Of a DNA stretch of 60,000 nt, positions 35,643 to 48,850 are shown one piece after another (position 1 is the first letter of the stretch; every line of letters begins with the position of its first letter). A model generated the notes under the pieces. It was not told where the DNA came from, made no database searches, and saw only the letters and a program-made list of their open reading frames with translations. A program made the position numbers and the translations under genes. This DNA comes from Malacoraja senta (Eukaryota): NCBI GenBank assembly GCA_038087875.1, contig CM075987.1:19036001-19096000 (forward strand), written 5' to 3'.

Positions 35643-37483
35643 CTACAACAACAATGGCAGGTAAATTGTCATGGTAACGGTTCCTAAAAGTCCTTCCAAT
35701 ATAATTCACCCCATCAAGGCTGGCAGCCACATTTGGATTACACGGCGAGGTTTTGAATCACATGTCAAAGTTTTACTTTTAATAGAAACAACACACTAAT
35801 GTTTGCTCTCTCCCTGTAGGTCAGCAGTTTCCAGTGAACTGACTCCAGAACAAGTCCAGACATGTCACAGCCCATTATATTCATGGGTTGATTAGTTACA
35901 GCCCATCCCTCAAAGCAGAGGTGGTGCCAGCAACAGTTCTTTGTTTCACACCAAGGAGTGAATCATTCTAACAGTGAACTACTGATGTTGCCATTAGGCG
36001 ACATAAAGGCAGCCATTCAGCCCACTCTCTCCGAGCAATCATATCCCCTCATTATTTTTCACTGTAACCTTTTACACACAACATAGAACGGTACAGTATG
36101 TAATAACAAGGATGCTGGCTTATACCAAAGATAGACACAAAATGCTGGAGTAACTTGGTGAGACTAAAGAGGGGTTCTGACCCAAAACGTCACCTATCCA
36201 TATTCTCCAAGGATGCTGCCTGACCCATTGAGTTACTCCAGCATTTGTGTATATCTATGCAACAATACAGCACAGGAACATGCCTTTTGCATACAATGTC
36301 CGTGTCGAACATGATGCCAACTTAACTCATCTCATCTGCCTGCATGAGCTTCATTTCCCTCCATTCACTGCATGTCGATGTGCCTATCCAAAATCCACCA
36401 TATATGCGTCCACCAGCAAGTTACAGACACCAACCACTAGGAAGCTCTTTCACCGAACATTCCCAACAATTCTGTCACCCACCTACACATTACAGCAGCC
36501 ATGTAACCTCTGAATGCACGCACTTTTGGATGTGGGAACAAAGTTGAGCGGAGAGATTTAAGAGGGACCTCAGGGGTAACCTTTTCACTCAGAGGGTAGA
36601 CCTTATCTGGAGCGAGATGCCAGAAGCTATAGAAGCAGATACAATTATGTTTTTCAAAATATATTTGGTCAATTATATGGATAGGAATGGTCTGGAGGGC
36701 TATGGGACAAATGCCAGCAAATGGGACTAGCCCAGTATACCAACTTGGTCAACATGGATAGGGTGGGCCAAAGGGCCTATTTCCATGCTGTACTGCTCGA
36801 AAACTAAGAAACGTATATGGTCAGTGAGAACATGCAAACTCCACACAGAGAGTCTCAGAGATCCGTATTGAACGCCGTGAAGCAGTAGCTTTACAACCTG
36901 CGCCACCCAATTTATGCAACGTCTTCTCAGACATAATCTACTTCTTTGAAACCCACTAAGAGTCTGAAAAGGGCTGAAAGATGCAAGTACCACCACCATG
37001 CCAATAGCGAACAACCTTGGTCATTTCCCACTCGTTCCCTTTTAAGTATAATATATCAGCAATACAGCTGGCAATGATACTTTAGCTTCTAGTATTCACA
37101 GTCATGGTAGCCCCTCACTATACGTCCAGCAAGTTTCAGTGGAGTCAAACCACAGATACCAGTCATACTGCTTGTTACTCGCTGTTTTCTAAAAGACTAA
37201 ATCACTTGATATAGAAATCATTAGAAAACCATTATATTTATAACCATTGCCAGATTTCTGTTGAACTATTTAGTTTGTCCAACCATTTTGGTCTGGAGTT
37301 ATCCATGTTATTATGCGTCTTAATAAAACTTGAGAGAGAGATGAAAGCAGACTTAATAATAAAGGGAATTGGATTCATTCTTAAAAGGGGAAGAAAAAAA
37401 AGGAAAGATCCAGTGGTGGAATCCAATCAATGCCAAAGACATGAGCTGTGCCAATTGAGGGGGAAAATGCTTCACCAACTCAC

Positions 37484-37574
37484 CAAATGCCTCACGCTGC
37501 AAACATTTTCGAATGCTTAGCTCCGGAAGAAAATCCTCCTCTTCAGAATTCAACTTGCTTTCGATCTGCTCTAA
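37484..37574 (-). CDS. CCDC187: CCDC187-like coding exon 3 (LEQIESKLNSEEED...REAF)
   Basis: cttgtctatttccag| acceptor, G|gtgagt donor, 91 nt, phase 0->1. Confidence 0.8.
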
Positions 37575-40500
37575 CTGGAAATAGACAAGAACCACATACT
37601 TAATCCCACAACGCAGTTAAACTCCGATAGTCCCCTATCTGATGGTTCAGAAACACCAATTGTTCACCAGATGATGTACTTTACATTATCCCTTCCGAAT
37701 CACTGAGCACCCCACCGCCAGCCCATTCCCAGGTCCCCTTCCAACTCAGAAGCAGCATTCCCAAGCTCCCTTCATATTTACTGGATTCACTGGAAAATGT
37801 ATTATGATGCAGTATGACATTTATAAATTGTTAAATCTGCTTGTCCGATACCATAAAAATGTTGAACATGCCAGTTTAGTTTAATTGGTTCCACTTTTCA
37901 AAGGCACAGTGGAAAGACCAAATGCAACTGTATCAATCTTGATTTTACAAAATGGTTTAACACGTGGGTGCCATTTAGACTTCTCTCCCCATCTACAATT
38001 CTAGTGGCTTTGTGAACGTGTGACCTTCTTCAAACCCATTTTATATAACTGCACAAAGTCAACATCAACTGCACTGATTTCCAAAAAGAAAATAAGCATC
38101 TTTTGCCACGCACTACTGTAAATGTGAGGCTGCCAGAGATGGTATTTGAGGTAGGTACTGTAACAACATTTAAAAGACCCGGACAGGTACGTTGATATGA
38201 AAGATTTAGAGGGATATGGATCATATCTGGGCAAATAGGACAAATTTAGATGAGGCACCTTGGTCAGCATTGACGAGTCGGGCTGAAGGGCCTATTTCCA
38301 TGCTGCACGATTCTGACTCTTGTTTTCTCCTTACTTATCAAGAATAAATTATTGCACCACCCACCTAGTAAAGGGCAGCACACATTGTTCTGTACATTGC
38401 TATCAACTCCTCTCCTTCCACATAGTGAACAATCACATACCATGAAATTAACTGATACTCTATGCAAAGTGCCAGTGGAGAACAATTAATCCCAATCTAA
38501 CCCTAATGTGCCTTTGAAAAGTGGAACGAATCAATCCCTTAGATGAGAACCCACCTGTGATGCAAGGTTAGAAGAAAATGAGGTTACATTACGCCAATGG
38601 ATGTGGGTGCATTTTATGTCATTTAATTTGCAAAATCTGTGGCCAACTCTTTGAATGGAACAGTTAATGCATACCCATTATACTATACTTTCATCATCCT
38701 ACCAATGGCAGGTTATGGAGAGAAATGGATGAAGTTAAGAAATTCAAACATAAATATATATAAACTTCTCCTGCCCATCTGGAGAAATTAAATGCCTGCT
38801 TTTGGGATGGTTCAATTACAATCCTGTTGTCTTGGTGGAGATACCTAGCACCAAGGAGCACTGTTTTAGAACAAGGGATCACCTACAGTATTTCAGATGG
38901 GAATGAGGAGGAATTTCATCTCTCAGAGGGTCATGAATCTTTGGAATTCTCAACACAAAAAGAGCTGGAGAGGAAAAGTAGTTGAATGCACCCAAGGCTG
39001 AGACTGAAAGGCATTTAAATGATAAAGGAATCAAAGATGTGGGAAAATGGTGCAAGGCCAAGATTGGATCAACCATTATCTTGTCCAATGTTAGTGCAAG
39101 CTTGAGGTATGACTGACATTTACCTTCTTCTGTCCCTTACATTCCCAAGAATTCAGGAAAAGTTTGTGTTTATCCTTGTTAGTTGCCATGATGGAAAAAT
39201 TGCGCAAAAAACCTGAGGGCAGTGAGCAGTGCAGACCAATGGTGAATGGAGATCGAGTTGTTACCTCATCGTATATACAGATTTATGGACTCAAAATAAA
39301 TTCAGATGACCAGATTTTTGTTTAAAACAGTTTAAAAAAAAAAAGGAGATAACAAAGTAACTCTAAGTTAAAAAATAAACTTGATTGATTAAACCAGTGA
39401 GATTGTTCAGTAGGAATGCATCTCATTCTTTAATGAGTTGTAAAAACACCTCCAGCTTAGACAGGATGGGGATGGGTGGTAGTGAAGTGAAGGCACTCCC
39501 CTGCGAACAGGAAACGTCCATAATTACATGCTATGAAAGAAAATAACACAAAGAAATAAAAATAACGCCAGAAAAAAATTCCAACAAATGCAGAAAAAGT
39601 AATAAGATATTCTGTTCAAACCAGAACAGGTTGCTTAATAGACAAACTCCAGCACACAATGCGAGGAGACACACACACATAGAGGGGAACCCACCTAGAG
39701 AGGGAAGCCACCATCCCCGGCCCCTGCTGGCCCAGTGGACAGAGAGGAGGGAATCTGAAAGAAGGCCAGTAAGCGGGAGGCAGTGCAGTGCCTTGATGCT
39801 GGGGTGTGCCGCTGGAGGGCCTGCAGCAGCCTGGGGCTCAGTTGGACTGGGCAAGGCTCTACAGGGCCTAGCGCTTTAACCGGACGCAGCCTGCAGCAGG
39901 ACAGAGACAGACACCAACAGCCACGCATGGGCAGGCTGACCCTGCCATGCCGCCGGCACAACAGGCCTGCATGGTCAGGTTAAGAGCTCTACACCCATAA
40001 ATATAGGGAAAATAATGGCGCCAAATCTGGCGACTCTGTAAACTGACTCAGTGTACAACTACTAAACACTTGTACTGTATCTGAAATGCTTATCTAAGGT
40101 ATCTAAGGGCTTATGTATAGTGATACTTGTACTGACTTGTATATACAATACATTTTACTGTAATTCATACGTGACAATAAAGTAACATTGAAAGTAAGAG
40201 TAAATACATCTCAGAAATGTCAACTTCAGAACCTTGTAAAATGAGAATATGTTACACAAATCTATCTCCATACTTTAATAACTTGCTTGATTAGTACAGG
40301 TTTCAGAGGTCATGGGGTTAGGAGGGCCATGATTGAATGGCAGAGTAGACTTGATGGGCCGAATGGCCTAATTCTACTCCTTTTCCTTATGATCTTATGA
40401 CCTTGCTTTTGAAATTGTAAAATGTTTGTGTCTGTTCCACAGGAGAAATGATCAAACAAAATGCGACACCCAAGCCACACAGCTTGATGTTTGAACAAAT

Positions 40501-41569
40501 GATCAAAATAAAAGGCAAGTTCCAAGGTGTGTCTCAAAGATTCATTGAGAACTAGAGAGGTGAATAAAATGAAGGAGGGAATTCGAGTGCTTGGTGTTGA
40601 GATAGCTGAAGTCACAGTTGCTGATGTACAAGAAATCGGAAATAGAAAATGCTAAAGATAAGGAAATAAGGCCAAGGAAGGATTTATAAACAAGGGTGAC
40701 CATTTTAAAAATTGAGAAATGACATTTATTAATTTGAAACTAGATGCCAAGGTTTGAGACGTGATAGTCAAATCTTTTGATGATTCCCATCTGATCCCCT
40801 GCCTTAAGAAGGAGAGAGCCTCCTTTTAGCATCTCTCAAATTAATTCAACATAATTTACAAGCAGCAGCAAAGGCTGTAAGAAATAGGCAAGTCCTGACT
40901 GGCCCACAAAAAACAAAAACTGGATTCTCCCAGAGCTGCAGCCAAGTTAAGTATCAGGTGGAAATGAAAGGTGTATTTTAATTAGTCCAAAATCTCCAAA
41001 CGATACAGGATTCATGTTTGATGTGGTGAGGGAGGGAGGAAAGTGATACACAGCAACCACCACATCAGCAGATGAGTTACAGAATCCCAAAGAAAACAGC
41101 ACAGATGCTAATTCTATATAATGTCATAAAAATAAACTGCAGATGCTGGCTTATACCAAAGATAGACGCAGAGATACTCCAGCATTTTGTGTCTATCTTT
41201 GCCAATTCTGCATCGTTTGAGTTATTCTCTATAATTCTGTCAGAACAAATCATTCCAATAAATTATATTTAATTCTCAACTGTGGTTTCTGGTATCCAGG
41301 AGGAGGATGAATCTATTTAGAACATAAATGAAAAAAGGCAAATGTAAATATAAAACACTTTGCCTTGTCATGGTCAACAGTGCAACAAAGGAATACTTAG
41401 CCCCTCAAAACTGTTCTGCTGCCTGTGCAGACAAAGGATGGTTGACAGTTCAGTTGCTGGAAGCAGATGCGACAGTGGCATTTTACAGGTTTTTAGGTAG
41501 GTACATAGATATGCAGGGAATGGAGGGATATAGATCACACACAGTCAGAGATTAGTTTAACTTGAAAGA

Positions 41570-42693
41570 ATGAATGTCTATTGACCAAGTATGTACACAT
41601 ACAAGGAATTTGCTTTGGTGCTCCGCTCGCAAGTAACAACACGACATACAGTAAACAATTAAGAATAAAACACAAAACATTAAAACATTAAGAATAAAAC
41701 ATTATAGTTTAATCATGTGAATGAAATAAAATACCAGAGCAAAAGGAGGCTACAGACTTTTGGTTATTGAGTAGAGCTACTGCTTGTGGAAAAAAGCTGT
41801 TTGTATGTCTGGCGGTGGCGGCTTTGACAGTCCGGAGTCGCCTTCCAGAGGGAAGTGATTCAAAGAGTTTGTGGCCAGGGTGAGTAGGGTCAGAGATGAT
41901 CTTGCCCGCTTGCAGTGTACAGTTCATCAATGGGTGGGTGGGGGGGGGGGAGTTTGCAGCCAACAACTTTCTCAGCTGATCGAACAATTCGCTGCAGCCT
42001 CCGGATGTTGTCCTTGGTGGCTGAGCCAAGCCAGACCATGATGGAGAAGGTGAGGACAGACTCTAATGATGGCAGTATAGAATTGGACCATCATTGCCTG
42101 TGGCAGATTGTGTTTCCTCAGCTGCCGCAGGAAGTACATCCTCTGTTGGGCCTTTTTGACTGTGGAGTCGATGGTGGCCCTCCCCATTTAAATTCCTTGG
42201 AGATGATGGTTCCAAGGAACTTAAGACTCCACAGATGTGACTGTGGTGTTGTTGATGTTGAGTGGGGAGGGGGAGCTCTCCTAAAATCTACTATCAATTC
42301 CACTGTCTTAAGAGCATTGAGCTCCAGGTTGTTACGAAGGCACCAGGGCGCCAGCTGTGTCACTTCCTGTCCGTGGGCAGATTCCTCCCCATCCTGGATC
42401 AGTCCAATCAGGGTTGTGTCATCTGCAAACTTGAGAAGCTTGACAGAGGAGTCTGTGGAGGTGCAGTCGTTGGTGTAGAGAGAGTAAAGGAGAGGGGAGA
42501 GTACGCAGCCTTGCGGTGCTCCTATGCTGAGGGTCTGTGGATTCGAGATGTGCTTTCCCAGCCTCACATGCTGCTTCCTGTCTGTCAGGAAGTTGGTGAT
42601 CCACTGACAGAGGGGTTCAGGCACAGTCAACTGGGAGAGTTTGGAGTGTAGTAGCTCTGGCACAATGGTGTTGAATGCAGAGCTAAAATCCAT
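41570..42693 (-). mobile_element. 5'-truncated Rex1/Babar LINE RT fragment
   Basis: [39 protein letters not shown] motifs with frameshifts. Confidence 0.92.
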
Positions 42694-43373
42694 GTTTGAT
42701 AGATACTGTGTACCAAAGGTTCTTGTGCTCTGTTATTCTATGTTCTCACTCTGGTTTCAGCCACAATTGACCCAAGTCAAACAGCCCACTTACATTCAAA
42801 ATCTCTAACTGCATGGGAGTGCTCAACGGGAAGTTACTGTCAGTGGAATTGCACATCAGGAGAGAAGTCAAAGAGTACAAGATGGAGGGGAAATAATAGA
42901 AAATCTGTATGAACAATAACCCTCTTGGCATCCAACTATAACCTGGAATACATTTGTCTATTGCAGAGAAATTGAATTTCAATGGTTCTGGCAAACAATT
43001 AGAGCAAATTCTGCCAAGGAAATAAAAGCAAGCAAGCCCAGTCATGTTCATATTGAGCAACTATCGGGCTGTAACAAGAATATAAAAGGACCAGCCTACG
43101 CCTTTTGACTCCTTCTGGCTCTACACAATACACAATTCATTAAACGTACCTGATAGATTGTTTGCAATTGTCACAACATTTTATGCATTTTGATGCATTA
43201 GTTAGGGGTTTGTTCGTTCAACTTTAATGCATTGATCACATAACCAACATTACACTGGCTGAACAAGATGATTGGATCTTTGGCTCAACTAAAAATAGTC
43301 CAATGACCTTTACAATTTAACATCTAACCACTCTTGTTCTCCACATATACTCACAGCTGGGCTGGAATATGTG

Positions 43374-43408
<35 letters not shown>

Positions 43409-44171
43409 GGTTGTTGAATAGTATATCACAGTTCAACTGAAACTGAAACTTTACTCTTATGGTACGATTCATTATGAGGAATGTTTTCAGATATTCCATT
43501 GAAAGCAGCAAATTAATGGGCAACTTTAAAAGAGCTGTTTAGAATGATTGAAATGTTAGGTTTTGTATTTTAAAACTGAAACAAGGCCAAAGCAGGTGTT
43601 AACATAGGCAAGAGCAACTAGTATTCTGGTCCTGGAACTAACTGATCCTCCTCGTTTTGCATCGTTTGCAAATATGAATTTTCACCTTTGTTTTGTGTCC
43701 AAGCCACATACACACAGTCATGGAAAGTTGCGCCCTCAACATCAGTGTCTAGAGCAATTCTCTTAATTAATTTCCCAATACTCTCAAAACATATCCTGGA
43801 TTCCCCCATGTGCTTAAACTTAACAAGCGTCTTTATGTAAATCTTTGTCGGATGCTTTCAAGCATCCATATACAGCAGAAGTAAAGGTTTTTCCAATTTT
43901 AGTGCAAATAAGTGAAATCTCCTTACACTTTTTCCAAATCGATAAAGATTTTATTAGGTTATTATTATTCATATTATTTCATGCAATTAATTTGAGGGGT
44001 TCACCCTAGCTTGCTCTCACACATGCATTTGCAAGTTCTATAAAAGTATTGTCAATTAGCCTCAGTCTCTTGCTCTTTCCCAACTGTGGAATTATTCTGT
44101 TTCAACAAAATACTGTTAAAGGTAAGAGTTGAAATTTTGGTTAAGATTACATTTTTGTTTTATAAAAGCAT

Positions 44172-44371
44172 NNNNNNNNNNNNNNNNNNNNNNNNNNNNN
44201 NNNNNNNNNNNNNNNNNNNNNNNNNNNNNNNNNNNNNNNNNNNNNNNNNNNNNNNNNNNNNNNNNNNNNNNNNNNNNNNNNNNNNNNNNNNNNNNNNNNN
44301 NNNNNNNNNNNNNNNNNNNNNNNNNNNNNNNNNNNNNNNNNNNNNNNNNNNNNNNNNNNNNNNNNNNNNNN
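44172..44371. other. Assembly gap (200 N)
   Basis: Run of N; it ends 11 bp from the exon at 44383. Confidence 0.99.
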
Positions 44372-44382
44372 AGCAAACTCAC

Positions 44383-44426
44383 CACTGATTTTGCCTCTTG
44401 AAGGTTGTCCCAGGCCAAGTCCACTT
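44383..44426 (-). CDS. CCDC187: CCDC187-like coding exon 2 (EVDLAWDNLQEAKSV)
   Basis: ttgctattttccag| acceptor, |gtgagt donor, phase 1->0; joined to the next exon it gives WDNLQEAKSV-LEQIESKL, resembling the CEP350 N-terminal WDALSQTKAALRHIENKL helix as I recall it. Confidence 0.8.
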
Positions 44427-45121
44427 CTGGAAAATAGCAAGGAAAGAACCAGGAAACATTAAGCAAAATGCAACACCGTGCAAAATGCCAACCTTAATAT
44501 CCCATCATGTGTCAATCCACCATCATTTGTCAATCCACACCAATACTAAATACATAGAAATATTCCTGGCTGAGCATCCACCACTATAAAGGGACATCAA
44601 TAAAAATGTCAAGCTAGAAGTTGATTGGGAATCATTCTGTGTGAAAGACATGTGTCTTGGTAGACAACACTTTGTGCAAGCAATTCCTTGGGAGTTCCTC
44701 ATTGGCAGTGTGGGAGGAAGGAAGGTTTGTCAGAAAGGACATCTCCAGAATAACTCAAATGATAGGGTATATTGTCGAATTTTGCAAGGTGGAAGGATGT
44801 GAAGTTGCAGACGCAGGATGGTGAGATCAGACAGGAAGAAATGTTTAGTTCAATATCCAGCCATTGCATCTCAAGAGGCAAACTCCAGAGACCAACCAGC
44901 TTTTCCTACCTATTCTAGATTCATCGGCTTGTTCAAATCGTCTTTCCCTTAAAATTTATATTATATATTTACTCAAGATTACTTTTAATCTGCAAAGATA
45001 ATTCTAGCCAAGAAATAATACTCAATACTTACCAATATTTATCTTAGGGATCTTAGACCCAAAGAATTTAGATTCTTCAAGCAAATGAGAAAATGTCTAT
45101 TTTAAGACAGAATCAACTCAC

Positions 45122-45146
45122 CATCAAGTTTATTTGCATATTCCAT
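45122..45146 (-). CDS. CCDC187: CEP350-N-terminus-like (probable CCDC187) gene, first coding exon (MEYANKLD); the full exon including 5'UTR is 45122-45218
   Basis: Acceptor tttttatttcttcag| at 45219, AAGATGG start context with in-frame TGA upstream, donor G|gtgagt; phase 1 fits the next exon. Confidence 0.65.
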
Positions 45147-45859
45147 CTTAATGGCTCAGATGCTTCAACATAAGCTACAGCATGTTAACTTCTGCTTCAT
45201 ATTTGTCTTCTGCATGATCTGAAGAAATAAAAAAGCAAGAGCTGCATTAAAAGATAACTTTACAACCAATCAACTAATATTTCACTGGGCTTCAAGTGTA
45301 ATGAATTACTTGGAAGTAAGGGATAGGAGCCATGCAGACTCCATTCTGCAAACGGTGATGTGACCAACAGTTGTTGCTATTTCTTTAAAATGGAACATTG
45401 GTAAAAACGCCCAGGTTTGGAACATGGGATTGACCTCATAACAAGCTTGGGGTTTGCAAAAGCACCCCAAACCCCCCCCCCCTCCCCCAAAATTCATCTC
45501 ATCTCAACAAAGATCTCCCACTCTACATCATTTCTAAAGTTCCCATGAGCTCGCTTACAAACCCTCAACCTTGAAATAAATTAATCTTGTGGCCTGATGG
45601 GCAAGAGGTCAGCTCATAAAGGCATCATCATCACAAAGCAAACATTTTGAAATGAGTTGCAACTACTTAGCAAAAGGCTGCTGCCTGGGCTTTATATATT
45701 TGAATTAAGGTGCATCTGTCCATCTCATCCGCAGTTGCTGCCCGACATGCTGAGTTCCTCAGAACTTTGTGTTTTGCTCAAGATTCCACCATCTGTAGTT
45801 TCTTCTGACTCCATAAATACAATTTTAACTACATGGACCTTTTCTGGAACTTGATGGCA

Positions 45860-46370
45860 CCAATTCTTTGAGGAAGTGCAGCATAGGTTCACCAGGTTAA
45901 TTCCGGGATGGTGGGATTGACATATCATAAAAGAATGGATTGACTGGGCTTATTTCACTGGAATCTAGAAGGATGAGAGAGGGTCTTATAGAAACATATA
46001 CAATTCTTAAGGGATTGGACAGGCTAGACGCAGGAAAAATGTTCCCCATATTGGGGGAGTCCAGAACCAGGGGTCACAGTTTAAGAATACGGGGTAGGCC
46101 ATTTAGGACTGAGGTGAGGAAAAACTTTTTCAGCCAGAGACCTGTGAATCTGTGGAATTCTCTGCCAGAGAAGGCAATGGAGGCCAATTCACTGGATGTA
46201 TTCAAGAGAGAGTTAGATATAGCTCTTAGGGCTATTGGAGTCAATGGATATGGGGAGAAGGCAGGAACAGGGTACACATTCTGGATGATTAGCCATGATC
46301 ATATTGAATGGCGGTGCTGGCTCAAAGGGCCGAATGGCCTGCTCCTGCACCTATTTTCTATGTTTCTATT
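45860..46370 (+). mobile_element. CR1 (HER1-type) LINE 3' fragment
   Basis: GLISLESRRMREGLIETYTILKG..RTRGHSL..RKNFFSQR.VNLWNSLP followed by the CR1 tail. Confidence 0.9.
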
Positions 46371-46954
46371 TCACCTGACTGGGTTTGCCATTCCCTTCTG
46401 AGGTTTGACTTAGCACAGGCTCCGCAGTCAGGGTTTTCAGCAACACAGTGATGTAGCCCTGCTGTCTCATAAGTTTAAGGATCCAGGGTCAATTCCGACC
46501 TCAGGAGATGCCTCTGGTATTTACACATTCACCCATGAATATGTGGATTTCACACCCAAGTTACTCTGGTTTCCTTCCATTTCCCAAAGAGGTTACAGAT
46601 AGTTTAATTGGCCGCTGTAAATTACTAATTGCATGGCATGAGCGAGAGAACAGGATGCACAACACAGTGAAATAAGAAAAAGGGGAACTGGATTGAGAGT
46701 ATTGCCCTGTTTGGGGTTCGGTGATGGACCCGATGACCTGAATAGTCTCCTTCTCCATTGTCCTCCATTTTCTGCAGCCATGTCTGCATTTCAAAAGTAC
46801 TTCATTGACTATCAAGCTTTTTAGATGTTGCTAGTTTATGAAAGACAATGAATATATTTTATTATGCCAGATAATGTTTTATAATCATATAGCATCTTGC
46901 AATAACATATTCCATGTTGGATATTAACATATTGGGGGAATGTCAGACACAGTG

Positions 46955-47200
46955 GAACAGTGGCTCAACTGGTAGAGCTGCTATCTTACAGTGCCAGAGA
47001 CCCGACCGTTTAAGTTTCCTCCGGGTGCTTCACTTTCCATCCACATCCTAAAGACGTGCGTGTTGTAAGTTAATTGGCCTCTGGAAATTGTCCCAAGTAT
47101 ATAGAAAGTGGGATAACATGGAACTAGTGTGAGTGGGTGATCGATGGTCAGCATGGTCTCTGTGGGACGAAGGGCCTGTTTTTATGCCATATCTCTAACG
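46955..47200 (+). mobile_element. HE1-type V-SINE with an internal deletion
   Basis: gtggctcaactggtagagctgct head, V-core, gaagggcctgttt tail. Confidence 0.75.
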
Positions 47201-48579
47201 TAAACAAGGTCAAGTACTGTTACTTTATCAAAAAATAGAGTGCAATAAGAAGCAACAATGCATGAAGCAATATTAACTAATTGGAGCAAATTACTATTTG
47301 ATACCATACATCGCTCCTACTAGACCTCCATCACAGACAGCACCATAATATCAAACAGAAATGTGAAAATACTTCCAGACAAGAATCTGCAGCATCGGTA
47401 TATGGAATACGCTGCCAGAGAAAATACTCAAGGGAGGTACAACAACAACATTTACAAGATATTTGTACAGGTACATGTGCAGGAAACGTTTAGAGGATAT
47501 GGGCCAAACATAGGCAAATGGGTCTAATTTAGATGGGGCATCTTGGTTGGTATGGACAAGTTGTGCCGAATGGCCTGTGTCCATACTCTATGAACCTATG
47601 GCTCTATAAATTGTGAGTTTGGAATTACAGCCTCCAGTTCATTGTCCATGATATGTACTCAGGGTGGAACAGTGAAAGCTGTAGACTAAAGCTAAGTGCT
47701 AAAAGCTAAGATATATTTAATGACCACTGGTTCCTTTGATGTTGTTAGTGTCTTTGTACAAAAAAAGATGCGTGACCATCCAAAAAATGGGGCTGCACTT
47801 GCAGACTATTTTTGGACAGCAAATGGAAGGAAATATAAAACAATGTTATTATTAAATGCAAGTGGCGGATCTAGCTATTACTGATGCCAATTGAGTGGGC
47901 AGGCCAGATACAGGCTGCAAAGCAAACTCTGAACTCTATTGTAAGTCTGCCTCTGTAATTAGAACTTGAAGACAAACAAAATGCACACAACCGTTAAATG
48001 GCAACACCTGGTGTTAGTGAATAAAAAAGATCTTCCACCCACCACAATTTCAGGGTAACTCCTTCAACTGAATCTGGATATTCAGAAATCATTGGTTAAC
48101 CATTCAATGTTTTCTTAAAAACAAATACAAAGTTCAACCTAAAAACAATATTTCTCAATGTTTTATAATTATTAGAGCAGATATCCTGTTAAAACAAATC
48201 CTGTGACATATTGATTTTAAATGAAAACGCAAAGAACTACAATTGCTGAAAACATCCAACAAGCAAAAAAACTCACCTTCTTCCTGCACTTTGTTTTTTG
48301 TTCTTGATTTTAAATGTCCTACTGTTGTCATGTAAATGAGGATTTTAAAAAAAATTGTGAAAATAAACTGACGTGTGATTTTTATCTCTGAAAAAAATAA
48401 AGTAGATCAGTGGAGAACTAGTAAAATTGAAAGTCTACCATCAAAAAATAACAAATGGGTTATCTATCTCCCGCAGAGAAAAACAAACACGCACACTTTT
48501 TTTTTAAAGCAAAAGTTAAATTCTCATCTGTTAATGTGAAAAAGAACAAGCTTAAGAGGTACTTTCAAAGGTACGGATG

Positions 48580-48850
48580 TACCTTGAAGAGATGAACTTT
48601 CCCTCAGGGTTAGATGGGTTGCAGTGCGAGCTTGGCTCCCTCGCAGCTATTCAGCTGGACAGCTCTGGGCAGCGCTCCCTGAGCCAGCTCCCGCTACACC
48701 TGCGTCTCGCACTCCGCCAGGGTGGACACACACTGAGCGGCGCGGCAACCCCAGCGGGAAAGCCTAGCCAACCCCACGTCTCCGGTTTAAAGGGACCGCT
48801 TGTGGCCAGCATCGAAAACGGTTTCTCTCCGGCAAACTGTTTTACTTCAA
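48580..48850 (-). promoter_or_regulatory. Candidate CpG-rich promoter / non-coding first exon of the CCDC187-like gene
   Basis: Non-repeat CpG-rich patch 3.4 kb upstream of the ATG exon; donor-like AAG|gtacat near 48582; GGCAAC RFX half-site near 48744. Confidence 0.4.

Noticed and set aside
43375..43407. Long G run (also 16904-16938 and C runs at 18376-18500) as G-quadruplex elements
   Set aside because: Simple homopolymers with unreliable length and no supporting context
44086..44466. ORFs spanning the X run
   Set aside because: Artefacts of the N gap
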